Made by a program: the position numbers and the translations under genes | Shown: one piece after another, positions 9,861-19,825 of the stretch | Layout: the number at the start of each line of letters is the position of its first letter | How positions within the stretch are numbered: the first letter of the stretch is position 1 | The notes under the pieces: model-generated | The model's input: only the letters and a program-made list of their open reading frames with translations | The model's database searches: none | Told to the model about the DNA's origin: nothing | Source of the DNA: an uncultured Bacteroidales bacterium | GTDB taxonomy: Bacteria; Bacteroidota; Bacteroidia; Bacteroidales; UBA4417 | Direction of reading: 5' to 3' | DNA: 64,000 bases | NCBI GenBank assembly: GCA_937889945.1 | Contig: CALBZC010000010.1 | Coordinates: 129,666 to 193,665 of the forward strand

Positions 9861-12800
9861 TTATTTTGCTTCGGCAAGTTTTCCTTTAGGCGCTTCTTTT
9901 ATTTTAGCATCGCCGGCTATAGGCTCTTCCACACCTCGCTTTTTACTTTGTATTCTGATGAAATCGTAAGCTAAAGCGGCTGCATTGAAGATTGATGAAT
10001 AAGTACCTATTAATACACCTATTAACATCGCGAATATAAATCCGCGGATAGATTCGCCACCAAATATAAACATCATTAACAACACCATAAACGTAATACC
10101 TGAAGTGTTCAAAGTTCTGCTTAATGTGCTGTTGATAGCGTCATTCATTACAGAATGCAAGGTGCGTTTAGGATATAACCCGATATATTCACGAACCCTG
10201 TCGAAGATAATCACTGTATCCATAATAGAATAACCTATAATTGTCAGAATAGCAGCGATAAAGTGTTGGTCTATGTCAAGGTTAAAAGGAAGTATTCCGT
10301 AGAACAGCGAGAATATTGCCACAATAATGAATGTATCGTGGAAAAGCGAAATTACACCGCCAAGTCCCCATTGCCATTTGCGGAAACGTAAAGCTATGTA
10401 TGTGAATATAATAATGAGTGAGAAGAATACGGCATAGTAAGCTTTAACCAATAAGCTGTATGCAATCATTGGTTCTACTTTTTGTGAACTTAATTTGCCT
10501 AATGCTTTTCCTTCTTGATGTTCAGAAAATTCAGCTTTTGTAATAGGGGTTGTATATATGTTTTTTAAACCATCAAAAAGTTTTTGTTCAACAATTGAAT
10601 CCGCTTGCAACGTGTGGTCTTCAATCATGTATGAAGTAGTTATTTTAACTTGGTTACGAGGTCCAAATGTTTTTACTTCCGGTTCTTGTCCGTAAACTTT
10701 TGCTAATTGGCTACGCACATCCTGTGTTTTCACGTCTTTGTCAAAACGTACAACATAGCTTCTTCCTCCTTTAAAATCAATGCCATAGCTTAAACCTCTT
10801 ACGGATAGTGAAATTATACCAATTAATACCAATGCCAATGAGAAAATATAAAAATACTTACGTAAGCCAATGAAATCAATATGTGTATTGGTTAATATAT
10901 TTTTGGTTGTGTTGCTCCAAAGCGTGATTTTGTAGTTTTTGTCTAACATCCAGTAGAAGAGCAATTTGGTAATATAGATAGCACAGAATAAAGAGCTTAA
11001 AGTACCTATAATAAGTGTGGTAGCAAAACCTTGTACCGGACCTGAACCAAATACATATAATACGATACCGGTTAATAAAGTAGTTACGTTACTGTCTATA
11101 ATAGCAGATAAGGCATGTTTATATCCGTCCTGCACCGCGAGCCTTATGCCTTTGCCCGCTCGCAACTCTTCACGGATACGCTCATAAATAATAACGTTCT
11201 TGTCAACGTCCATACCTAAGGTAAGTACGATACCTGCAATACCGGGCAGTGTTAATACTGCACCCAAGGATGCAAGAATACCCATAACGAAGAACATATT
11301 TACGAATAATGCCACGTTAGCAACCAATCCGGCAGTATGGTAGTAGAAAATCATGTATAATAAGGTGAATGCAAAAGCAATCACAAACGACCATAATCCG
11401 GCATTGATAGCTTCTTGTCCTAATGTAGGACCAACAATTGCTTCTTCAACGATTTTGGCAGGTGCAGGCAATTTCCCTGCTTTTAACACGTTTGCTAAGT
11501 CAATAGCTTCTTCTACGGTGTACTGTCCGGTTATTTGCGAACTTCCGTTAGGAATTTCAACTTGAACACGTGGAGCTGTGTGTACATAATCATCAAGCAC
11601 TACAGCTACTTGCTTTCCAATGTTATCGTGGGTTATATTTTTCCATATTTTAGCACCACTGTTATTCATGCGCATGGTAACTTCCACACCTCCGTCTTGG
11701 CTGTAATCCTGACGCGAATCAACAATTACATCACCGAATAATGCAGCGGTATTTTCCCTGTTATTAGAACGCAAAGCAATAAGCTCAAGTGTGCCGGGAG
11801 CATTTTTTTCAGGTTTTAACGACCATGCTAATTTGAGGTTACGAGGGAACATGTGTTTTACTTGTTCCAGCATTTTATTTACGCGCGCTGTGTCTTTTAT
11901 AGCAGCAGAACCAACGGTTGCGCCTTGTCCGGCAACAATTTGTCCGCCTTGCTGGAAATATGCGGGGCGTAAATAAGTAAACAAGGGATTTTCTTTTTCA
12001 GCTTTTGCTCTTTCAGCAGCTTCGTTAGTTGTTAATCCTTTAGATGAATCTTTTGCTTTTAATTTATCGGCTAAACTTGTTTTTGCACTGTCGGGTTTGG
12101 CTTCTTTTTCCGTTACCGTTTTCTTGTTTGCTGCAACAACTTCTTGTTTTACCGCAGTAGTATCTTTTTTTGTAGTATCAGCTACAAGTATTCCACTTGC
12201 TAAGCGTTTGTTTGCCTCGTTGAATAAAGGCGCTAATTCGTTAAAGCGATATGTTTCCCAGAATTCAAGTTTTGCCGAACCTTGTAGCAGTTTACGAACA
12301 CGTTCGGGTTCTTTAATACCGGGCAATTCTATTAAGATGCGGTCGCTGGTAGCAAGTTTTTGTATATTGGGCTGCGTTACACCAAAACGGTCGATACGGG
12401 TTCTTAAAATATTAAAAGTGCGGTCGAATGCGCTGCTGGCTTCTTTGCGAATATATTTAAGTACTTCATCGTTAGTAGAACTTGGTTTTAACTGGTCGCG
12501 TGAGTTACTGTTTGCAAAAATAGCTGCCAGACTGGCATTGGGGTCTATCTGTTTAAAAGACTCTCCAAATAAAGTAACAAAGTCTTTCTGGCTGTTTTTT
12601 TGTTTGTCTTTTGCCATATCCATTGCTTTTCTGAAAGTAGCGTTGGTGCTATTTCCTGATAATGAATTGACAACATCAGCCACAGAAACTTCCATTGTAA
12701 CGTTCATCCCACCTTTGAGGTCAAGCCCAAGGTTAAGTTCACGTTCCTTACAGTCTTTATAAGTGTACTTTCCGAGCCAAACTTTTTTGTTGGCGATGGA

Positions 12801-13028
12801 ATCTAAATAATAGCGGGTACGAGCAGTTTCAACCGAATCTATAACGCTGCTTTCAATTTGTGTGTTCCCGTTGGCTATCTTTTTTGCTAAAGCTAATGCT
12901 TGCGGGTCTTTGGCATACTTTTCAGCCTTGTTTTCAATATGTCTTGTAACAAATGTGAACGACAACTGAAATAAACATACTACGGCAAAAGCAATAGCAA
13001 ATAAACGAATTGCGCCTTTATTCTGCAT
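9861..13028 (-). CDS. secDF: fused protein translocase subunit SecDF
   Basis: 1055 aa. It has an N-terminal TM helix, a large periplasmic domain and two 6-TM SecD/SecF blocks (GLDLKGG, GPTLG, IGYSIMDTVIIFDRVRE). Confidence 0.95.
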   Translation of the reverse strand: MQNKGAIRLFAIAFAVVCLFQLSFTFVTRHIENKAEKYAKDPQALALAKKIANGNTQIESSVIDSVETARTRYYLDSIANKKVWLGKYTYKDCKERELNLGLDLKGGMNVTMEVSVADVVNSLSGNSTNATFRKAMDMAKDKQKNSQKDFVTLFGESFKQIDPNASLAAIFANSNSRDQLKPSSTNDEVLKYIRKEASSAFDRTFNILRTRIDRFGVTQPNIQKLATSDRILIELPGIKEPERVRKLLQGSAKLEFWETYRFNELAPLFNEANKRLASGILVADTTKKDTTAVKQEVVAANKKTVTEKEAKPDSAKTSLADKLKAKDSSKGLTTNEAAERAKAEKENPLFTYLRPAYFQQGGQIVAGQGATVGSAAIKDTARVNKMLEQVKHMFPRNLKLAWSLKPEKNAPGTLELIALRSNNRENTAALFGDVIVDSRQDYSQDGGVEVTMRMNNSGAKIWKNITHDNIGKQVAVVLDDYVHTAPRVQVEIPNGSSQITGQYTVEEAIDLANVLKAGKLPAPAKIVEEAIVGPTLGQEAINAGLWSFVIAFAFTLLYMIFYYHTAGLVANVALFVNMFFVMGILASLGAVLTLPGIAGIVLTLGMDVDKNVIIYERIREELRAGKGIRLAVQDGYKHALSAIIDSNVTTLLTGIVLYVFGSGPVQGFATTLIIGTLSSLFCAIYITKLLFYWMLDKNYKITLWSNTTKNILTNTHIDFIGLRKYFYIFSLALVLIGIISLSVRGLSYGIDFKGGRSYVVRFDKDVKTQDVRSQLAKVYGQEPEVKTFGPRNQVKITTSYMIEDHTLQADSIVEQKLFDGLKNIYTTPITKAEFSEHQEGKALGKLSSQKVEPMIAYSLLVKAYYAVFFSLIIIFTYIALRFRKWQWGLGGVISLFHDTFIIVAIFSLFYGILPFNLDIDQHFIAAILTIIGYSIMDTVIIFDRVREYIGLYPKRTLHSVMNDAINSTLSRTLNTSGITFMVLLMMFIFGGESIRGFIFAMLIGVLIGTYSSIFNAAALAYDFIRIQSKKRGVEEPIAGDAKIKEAPKGKLAEAK

Positions 13029-13076
13029 GTGATTATAATTTAGGTAATTAGATAATCTTTAATTTTTTCAAGTTTG

Positions 13077-13084
13077 CAAAGATA
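13077..13084 (-). promoter_or_regulatory. Bacteroidota -7 promoter motif (TATCTTTG) for secDF
   Basis: The minus strand reads TATCTTTG, matching TAnnTTTG, about 50 nt upstream of the secDF ATG. Confidence 0.5.
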
Positions 13085-13330
13085 GAAATCTATTAACAAA
13101 TAACAAAAAAATACGAATAACAAAAAATATCAATTTCAACATATTGATGTTTATATCTTTGACCTTACATGTTGCAAATTAATAGATGATAAATAATACA
13201 GGATGGCTTGGCTTGCATAATTTTCTTATATCTGTTGTTTTTATGCTTTGCCCCGTTATACTCCTGTTGAGTTAAGTCTAAAATGTGGGGTTTGGTATTT
13301 CGTATGCATTTATTAATCAAAATACTACAT

Positions 13331-13372
13331 CTCTAAACTCCGAACTCATTACTCTTAACTAAACACTACATG
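13331..13372 (+). repeat. degenerate heptamer array (CTNNNNN x6: ctctaaa ctccgaa ctcatta ctcttaa ctaaaca ctacatg)
   Basis: Strict 7-nt phasing of a CT(C) start. One unit (ctccgaa) is identical to the unit repeated three times at 48077-48097. Confidence 0.65.
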
Positions 13373-13409
13373 TTGATAAAAATCATTTTTATAAATAAAT
13401 TACTTCAAT

Positions 13410-13417
13410 TAACTTTG
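13410..13417 (+). promoter_or_regulatory. Bacteroidota -7 promoter motif (TAACTTTG) for parC
   Basis: Matches TAnnTTTG, about 40 nt upstream of the parC ORF start. Confidence 0.5.
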
Positions 13418-13458
13418 CAAATAATATAAAAGATTATCAGATATTAAGTATAAGTTAA

Positions 13459-16182
13459 GTGACCAAACAAACAGACGATATTAACTCTTTGGAAGAAAAC
13501 GTTGAAAATGAACCGCTAAAAGATGAAACAGAGGTTCAGGGAAATCAGAAATCAGAAATGCCTGAAATGCATGCCATAACTCACTTGCCCGGCATGTATC
13601 AGAACTGGTTTCTGGATTATGCTTCCTACGTAATATTAGAACGTGCGGTACCCGAAGTGATTGATGGGCTTAAACCTGTGCAGCGTCGCATTTTGCATAG
13701 TATGTATGAGTTGGAGGATGGGCGTTATAATAAAGTTGCCAACATCATTGGTAATACCATGAAATATCACCCCCACGGCGATGCTTCCATTGGCGATGCA
13801 ATTACACAGATAGGGCAGAAGGAGCTATTGATAGATACGCAGGGTAACTGGGGTAATATTCTCACGGGTGATGGCGCTGCCGCGCCTCGTTATATAGAAG
13901 CGCGTTTGTCTAAGTTTGCATTGGATGTAGTATTTAATCCTAAAACTACAAAATGGAAACTTTCGTACGACGGTCGTAACAAGGAACCTGTAACGCTGCC
14001 TGTTAAATTTCCCATATTGCTGGCTTCAGGTGTTGAAGGTATTGCAGTAGGATTGGCTTCCAAGTTGTTGCCGCATAACTTTGTTGAGTTAATAGATGCA
14101 TCAATTGCAATATTAAAAGGAGAGGATTTTATTATTTTTCCTGATTTTCCTACGGGAGGACTTGCAGATGTATCCCGCTATAATGATGGTTTGAGAGGCG
14201 GAAGGGTTCGCATAAGAGCCAAAATAAGCCAATTGGATAAAAAAACGCTTGTTATTACTGAAATTCCATTTGGCACTACCACAAGCGGATTAATAGACAG
14301 TATAATTGCCGCTAATGAAAAAGGCAAGATAAAGATTCGGAAAATAGATGATAACACGGCACAGAATGTAGAAATATTGGTTCATTTGCAGCCTAATGTT
14401 TCTCCCGACCAAACTATTGATGCTCTTTATGCTTTCACGGATTGTGAGCGTTCCGAATCGCCTAACGCCTGCGTTATACACAACGGTAAACCCGTATTTA
14501 TAGGCGTTAGTGAAATACTAAAGATTTCAACTCAACAGACGTTGGAATTGCTTAAATTAGAGCAACTTATAAGACAGTCTGAACTGATGGAAGCTCTTTT
14601 GTTTTCTTCTTTGGAACGCATTTTTATTGAAAATCGCATATATCGAGATATAGAAGAATGCAAAACTTGGGAAGCCGTAATAAAAACAATACATAAAGGT
14701 TTAGAACCTTATAAACCTGAGTTTTACAGAGAAATAACCGATGATGACGTTATAAAACTTACAGAAATAAAAATTAAAAGAATTTCTAAGTTTAATGCGT
14801 TCAAAGCTGACGAGATATTCAAAAATCTGCAAAAAGAACTCAAAGTTGTTAAACATAATCTGGAACACATCGTTCCATTCACTATCGAGTTCTTTGAGTT
14901 AATTAAAAATAAATATGCTTTAGGACGTGAACGCAAAACAGAACTGAGAAGTTTTGAAAATATTGAGGCTGCGGCTGTTGCTGCCAATACGCAAAAACTA
15001 TACGTAAACAGGGAGGAAGGCTTTGCCGGTTATGGATTAAAAAAAGATGAATATGTTTGTGATTGCTCTGATATTGATGATATTATAGCATTTCGTGCAG
15101 ACGGCACTTATTCCGTTACTAAAATAGCAGAGAAAACATTTATCGGTAAAAATATCCTACACATAGATGTTTTTAAAAAGAATGATACACGCACCATATA
15201 CAATGTTGCTTATCAGGATGGCAAAGTGGGCGCGGCATACGTGAAACGTTTTTATGTTTCGGGTATTGTGCGTGATAAGGAATACACTGTAACCAAAGGT
15301 ACGCCAAACTCTCAAGTTTTATATTTTACCGCTAACCCCAATGGGGAATCGGAAATAGTGAAAGTAAGTTTGAAAGCCAAACCACGGTTAAAAAAACTTA
15401 ATTTTGATTTCGACTTTTCAGAATTGGCAGTTAAAGGAAGAGGTTCGCAAGGAAACGTGCTGACAAAGAACGCTGTGCGCAAAATAGTACTTGCAGAAAA
15501 AGGAAACTCCACCTTGGGGGCGCTCAGTATTTGGTACGACGATTCGGTTAAGCGACTGAATGCTGAAAGTCGGGGTGTTTTTCTAGGCAAGTTTAAAGAT
15601 GATAATAAAATTATATCCATCTCAACTACAGGTTATTATAAATTACAAGGTTTTGACCTATCCACACACTTTGATGAGGATGTCTCATGCATAGAAAAAT
15701 TTGATGATAAGAAACCTTTAACTGCCATATATTACAATAAACTAAAAGGTCAATATTTTATAAAACGCTTTTTGGTAGAAATGAGCGACAAAAAAACACC
15801 CATGTATCCCGAAGAAAAAGATATGGAGTTTGTTACCTTTTCAAATGATTACAAGCCTGTTGTTAACATTATATTTGCTGATAACAAAGGAGAAGAAACC
15901 ATAATAGTGGACGAGTTTGTGGAAGTGATGGGCATAAAAGCAAAAGGTAAAAAGCTGGGGAATAAAAAAATTGATAGTATTGTATGGGTAGAAAGCTTGC
16001 CTTATGATGGACACGAAGAGGAAACAGAAAATATGGAAGCAGAAGCAGAAACGGAGCAAATGCAAGATATTTTTCTTCCCAGTGAACAACCTGCAAATAA
16101 TGAACGTTTTGATACCAAAGATATGTTGAACACACATGATGATGAAAATGATAGTAGTGATGGTCAAATGTCTCTTTTTTAG
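13459..16182 (+). CDS. parC: DNA topoisomerase IV subunit A
   Basis: 907 aa. The GyrA/ParC N-terminal block is present (LDYASYVILERAVPEVIDGLKPVQRRIL, active-site Tyr context AAPRYIEARL). The long Bacteroidota-type C-terminal domain ends in an acidic tail. The annotated start is a GTG and the true start is uncertain. Confidence 0.9.
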   Translation: MTKQTDDINSLEENVENEPLKDETEVQGNQKSEMPEMHAITHLPGMYQNWFLDYASYVILERAVPEVIDGLKPVQRRILHSMYELEDGRYNKVANIIGNTMKYHPHGDASIGDAITQIGQKELLIDTQGNWGNILTGDGAAAPRYIEARLSKFALDVVFNPKTTKWKLSYDGRNKEPVTLPVKFPILLASGVEGIAVGLASKLLPHNFVELIDASIAILKGEDFIIFPDFPTGGLADVSRYNDGLRGGRVRIRAKISQLDKKTLVITEIPFGTTTSGLIDSIIAANEKGKIKIRKIDDNTAQNVEILVHLQPNVSPDQTIDALYAFTDCERSESPNACVIHNGKPVFIGVSEILKISTQQTLELLKLEQLIRQSELMEALLFSSLERIFIENRIYRDIEECKTWEAVIKTIHKGLEPYKPEFYREITDDDVIKLTEIKIKRISKFNAFKADEIFKNLQKELKVVKHNLEHIVPFTIEFFELIKNKYALGRERKTELRSFENIEAAAVAANTQKLYVNREEGFAGYGLKKDEYVCDCSDIDDIIAFRADGTYSVTKIAEKTFIGKNILHIDVFKKNDTRTIYNVAYQDGKVGAAYVKRFYVSGIVRDKEYTVTKGTPNSQVLYFTANPNGESEIVKVSLKAKPRLKKLNFDFDFSELAVKGRGSQGNVLTKNAVRKIVLAEKGNSTLGALSIWYDDSVKRLNAESRGVFLGKFKDDNKIISISTTGYYKLQGFDLSTHFDEDVSCIEKFDDKKPLTAIYYNKLKGQYFIKRFLVEMSDKKTPMYPEEKDMEFVTFSNDYKPVVNIIFADNKGEETIIVDEFVEVMGIKAKGKKLGNKKIDSIVWVESLPYDGHEEETENMEAEAETEQMQDIFLPSEQPANNERFDTKDMLNTHDDENDSSDGQMSLF

Positions 16183-16204
16183 TTAGTTAAACATTTATAA
16201 TAAT

Positions 16205-17419
16205 ATGACAGATAATAAAGTTTTGGAAATTACTCCGGATGTGCACTGGGTGGGTGTGTTGGATAAGGAATTGGTAACTTTTGATGTGGTGATGCAAACC
16301 CCCTATGGCACCACTTATAACTCTTATTTTATCAATGCCCACAAAAAAGCCTTGGTAGAAACGGTGAAAGTAAAATATTTTGATACTTTTCTTGAAAAGC
16401 TAAACCATTTCATCACCCCTCAAGAGTTGGATTACATCATAGTAAATCATACCGAACCGGATCATTCAGGAAGTTTGGTTAAACTGCTCGAAATGGCGCC
16501 CAATGCAACTGTTGTTGGCAGCGGAAATGCCATCAGGTATTTAAATGATTTATTAGGTCGCGATTTTAAACATCAAATAGTTAAAGATGGCGATGTTGTA
16601 GATTTAGGCAATAAAAAACTTAAAGTTATCGCGGCTCCCAATTTGCATTGGCCCGATTCTATTTATACGTATTTAGAAGAAGATAAAGTACTATTTACTT
16701 GCGATTCTTTTGGCGCGCATTTTTGTCATGAAGAAATGTATGACGATAAGGTTGGCAACTGGGATGACGCCTTCAAGTATTATTTTGATGTGATATTAAA
16801 GCCTTTTAGCAAGTTTATGTTAAAAGCCATTGAAAAAATACGTCCTTTGGATATCGAGGCTATTTGTACAGGTCATGGTCCTATATTACGTAGCCATTGG
16901 AAACGGTATGTGGATATGTCAGAGAAGTTGGCAAAAGAGGCTACCCAAGAAGGAAATGAACCTATGGTATTTATTCCTTATGTTTCCGCTTATCACAATA
17001 CGGGAGATGTTGCCAAAGCCATTGCCGAAGGAGTTAAATCTGTCAAAGATGTTAAGGTGGAATTGCATGACATAGAAACTATGCCCATAGAAGAAATAGA
17101 TAAATATCTATCGCATTGCACAGGGTTGATAATAGGAACGCCTACAATTAATCAGAATATATTGTTACCTATATATCAATTATTTGCACTGATAAATCCG
17201 ATACGTGATAAAGGTAAATTGGTTTCGGGATTCGGATCTTACGGTTGGAGCGGCGAATCGGCTAAAATATTACCTGCCGTTTTAACCAATTTAAAATTGA
17301 AATATTTTGAAGAAGGTTTTTTCTTTAAATTTACCCCTCATGATGAGCAAAAAGAAAAAGCTTTTGCCTTTGGCAAATTATTTGTGGAAAATATGATAAA
17401 AAATTCAGTAAAAGAATAA
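16205..17419 (+). CDS. FprA-family A-type flavodiiron protein
   Basis: 404 aa. It has a metallo-beta-lactamase-like diiron motif (NHTEPDHSG) followed by a flavodoxin-like C-terminal domain. Confidence 0.85.
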   Translation: MTDNKVLEITPDVHWVGVLDKELVTFDVVMQTPYGTTYNSYFINAHKKALVETVKVKYFDTFLEKLNHFITPQELDYIIVNHTEPDHSGSLVKLLEMAPNATVVGSGNAIRYLNDLLGRDFKHQIVKDGDVVDLGNKKLKVIAAPNLHWPDSIYTYLEEDKVLFTCDSFGAHFCHEEMYDDKVGNWDDAFKYYFDVILKPFSKFMLKAIEKIRPLDIEAICTGHGPILRSHWKRYVDMSEKLAKEATQEGNEPMVFIPYVSAYHNTGDVAKAIAEGVKSVKDVKVELHDIETMPIEEIDKYLSHCTGLIIGTPTINQNILLPIYQLFALINPIRDKGKLVSGFGSYGWSGESAKILPAVLTNLKLKYFEEGFFFKFTPHDEQKEKAFAFGKLFVENMIKNSVKE

Positions 17420-17434
17420 TTTAAATTTCTATAT

Positions 17435-18232
17435 ATGAGTCGGAAATATTTTCTTTTCTTGTGGATTGGCGTATTTATGCTCTCAGGCTGTAGCGCTGAA
17501 CGTAAACTTGCCAGGCAGTTTATAAATGAAAATAAAACCATAAATGTTTTAATTACTCCCACAAACAGATTGTATAAAGATAATCTTACAATTGAATATG
17601 ATACAACAAAGTATGATATATCCAAGCAGGATTCTATCGCATGGGCGCAATCTAAATATATAAAAAATATTTCCGACTCGTTATATTTAACAGCCTATAC
17701 AAACAGTATTATAAAAGAATTAACTAAAAATAATTGCAACGTTTTGTTAGGCGATACTTACACGCAATTACCCCAGTCGTTTACATCGCCCTGGTTTGTG
17801 GAAATAGCACAATTGCAGATACTCGAAAGATATTCTTATCTCGGATATTCTCAAACGTTGATTTTTGATGAAGGCATAAGAAACGTTCCCGTGCAGTTTT
17901 ATGAATTGTCATTTGAAACATGGTTTAATATAAAAAAAGATAAGTTAGCCAAAGCAGAAACTAATTATTATAAAAACGATATCACAGATGATTTAGATGT
18001 TTTTTCTTTTGGCAGAAATCAGAGAAATGCAATTTCAACTACAGATGTATATCGTTTTGCTACGATTGCCGGAATGCAGCATGCATCTCTTTTGTTTGAT
18101 TATTTTATGAATAAATATGTTCAGCAACACCTTCCTGATAAGCAAGGTATTCGTTGGTTTCATTATGATAGAAAAGGAAATGTGTTGAAACAGTCCCATA
18201 ATTATAGGTTGCAGAAAATAGCTGCAAACTAA
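17435..18232 (+). CDS. hypothetical lipoprotein
   Basis: 265 aa with a lipobox-type signal peptide (FLWIGVFMLSGCSAE). No catalytic motif was recognised. Confidence 0.65.
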   Translation: MSRKYFLFLWIGVFMLSGCSAERKLARQFINENKTINVLITPTNRLYKDNLTIEYDTTKYDISKQDSIAWAQSKYIKNISDSLYLTAYTNSIIKELTKNNCNVLLGDTYTQLPQSFTSPWFVEIAQLQILERYSYLGYSQTLIFDEGIRNVPVQFYELSFETWFNIKKDKLAKAETNYYKNDITDDLDVFSFGRNQRNAISTTDVYRFATIAGMQHASLLFDYFMNKYVQQHLPDKQGIRWFHYDRKGNVLKQSHNYRLQKIAAN

Positions 18233-18234
18233 CT

Positions 18235-19758
18235 TTATAATAGAGACAACTGATTAGGATCGTGATAGGGCTTTTGCTTTGCACGTGGTTTGCGCACTTC
18301 TTTTTCAGCTTCCAGTTGTATGTTTTTATATTGTAAATAACTGAGACCAATATAACCGAGTTTGAAAAATACAAAAGATTTGTTTTTATCAAGTTTGAGG
18401 TTTGATAGTATATTTTTATCTGTAGTTTTTCTGTATTTACTGATATATGCTGTTATTTCATTCAAATGTTTAGGTTCTCTTGCATTTTCTAAAAATTCCT
18501 TTACCAGCTCTTTAATAGTTCCTGTTTTTTCTACCTGCCATGAACGGAGCATATACGTGCTTGTTTTTCCAATAGCTTTCACTTGCTCAATATTTAAGAT
18601 AGTGGAACGCAAAGACTCTACCGAGGTGGGCGTTTTTTCGGTTCGCATCCTTAGAGATTTGCTTATTTCCATCAGGTTCATGGGAACTCCCTGTTCTTCT
18701 AAAATACTCAAGATATGTTCGGAAAGTGTAACAAGCGAGTTGCGCTTGAAAATGAAATAATTGGGTTTTTCGAATGATACGCCTAACCCGCTTGTGGCTA
18801 TTGATTTACAAACTTTTTTTAATCTTTGATTGAGTATTTGATTTTGTGTGAGGAAAGGCTGAAGATAAAAATCAATTTCGTAAGATTGTGATTCTACAAT
18901 CCTCTTGTTTAGGGTTTCTTGTGTATAGTTTATAAATTTATTGAAATCAAAAGAAGATGTATATTTTTTATTTACCAAATAATAATGTGTATAATTATCT
19001 TCAAAGTTTTGAATGGCGTCAAAAGTGGATGAGCTTAAATGCGAAAACACCACATAATACAATTTAGGCGAGTAATTTAGATTTTCTCTGGTGTTAATAT
19101 GTTTAACCACATCAGAGTTAAAGTCCACAAAGTCTTTTTTTAAATCAATATCGTAATCTAAAAAAGTAGTAAAATCGCTATAGCGTTTATTAATTTTCTG
19201 CAGTGCGTTTCCTATTTTTTCAGGCACTCGTTTTGATATTTGTCTTGCCCGTTCGCGTGTAATATTATATTTATTACCTATGGATTGGAGTGTTTTCTTT
19301 TTTGTGTCTTCTATAAACCCATAGTAATTGGTAAATATATATTGCTCCCGTTCGTTTAAAACGAAATCTAATATATGTTCAAGATAAGTGAAAAAAGGGA
19401 ACTTCCTTGATGTAAATTGAGCTTTATATTTTTCCGTAATATCGGCTGGGATTTTCAGTGCTTTATTACAAAAAACTTTAAAATCTTCGTAGGTTAACAA
19501 ATTCTGGTCATCTTTTATTTCGTAGAATTTGTTGTTTTTATCTTTACTATAATGATTACAAAAATTTAATAATTCGTTATTTGTTTTGACACCACAATTT
19601 TTTAACCCTAAAAAATTTTTATGGTTAAGATAATAACAAAGAATCTTGTACAGTGTGTCAAGGTTATTTTCTAAACATACATTCTTTGTTTTTTCCGAAA
19701 GTTTTCCATTCCCTTTTAAATCTTCAATATGGAAATTAACAACAGTTGAAAGATTCAT
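18235..19758 (-). CDS. multi-HTH DNA-binding protein (alpha-CTD-like + sigma-70 region 4-like + HARE-HTH-like segments)
   Basis: 507 aa. The N-terminal LSEKTKNVCLENNLDTLYKIL...LKNCGVKTNNELLNF resembles the RNAP alpha C-terminal helix-hairpin-helix. The central LNEREQYIFTNYYGF...KTLQSIGNKYNITRERARQISKRV is a sigma-70 region 4 signature. The C-terminal part has two winged-helix-like segments. Confidence 0.6.
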   Translation of the reverse strand: MNLSTVVNFHIEDLKGNGKLSEKTKNVCLENNLDTLYKILCYYLNHKNFLGLKNCGVKTNNELLNFCNHYSKDKNNKFYEIKDDQNLLTYEDFKVFCNKALKIPADITEKYKAQFTSRKFPFFTYLEHILDFVLNEREQYIFTNYYGFIEDTKKKTLQSIGNKYNITRERARQISKRVPEKIGNALQKINKRYSDFTTFLDYDIDLKKDFVDFNSDVVKHINTRENLNYSPKLYYVVFSHLSSSTFDAIQNFEDNYTHYYLVNKKYTSSFDFNKFINYTQETLNKRIVESQSYEIDFYLQPFLTQNQILNQRLKKVCKSIATSGLGVSFEKPNYFIFKRNSLVTLSEHILSILEEQGVPMNLMEISKSLRMRTEKTPTSVESLRSTILNIEQVKAIGKTSTYMLRSWQVEKTGTIKELVKEFLENAREPKHLNEITAYISKYRKTTDKNILSNLKLDKNKSFVFFKLGYIGLSYLQYKNIQLEAEKEVRKPRAKQKPYHDPNQLSLL

Positions 19759-19825
19759 ATTAAATGATATCTATTACTTTTAAATACAAAAGTATTAAAA
19801 CATATTTGTATTTACAAATATTAAT

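Noticed and set aside
12097-12762. 221-aa plus-strand ORF inside secDF. The same applies to other long antisense ORFs at 3126-3650, 4565-5071, 7638-8270, 9124-9576, 27016-27645 and 28154-28921.
   Set aside because: Each lies wholly antisense to a gene with strong family motifs. Their translations are low-complexity (S/L/F/I-rich) with no motifs. Long antisense ORFs of this kind are expected by chance opposite AT-rich, Lys/Glu-rich genes.
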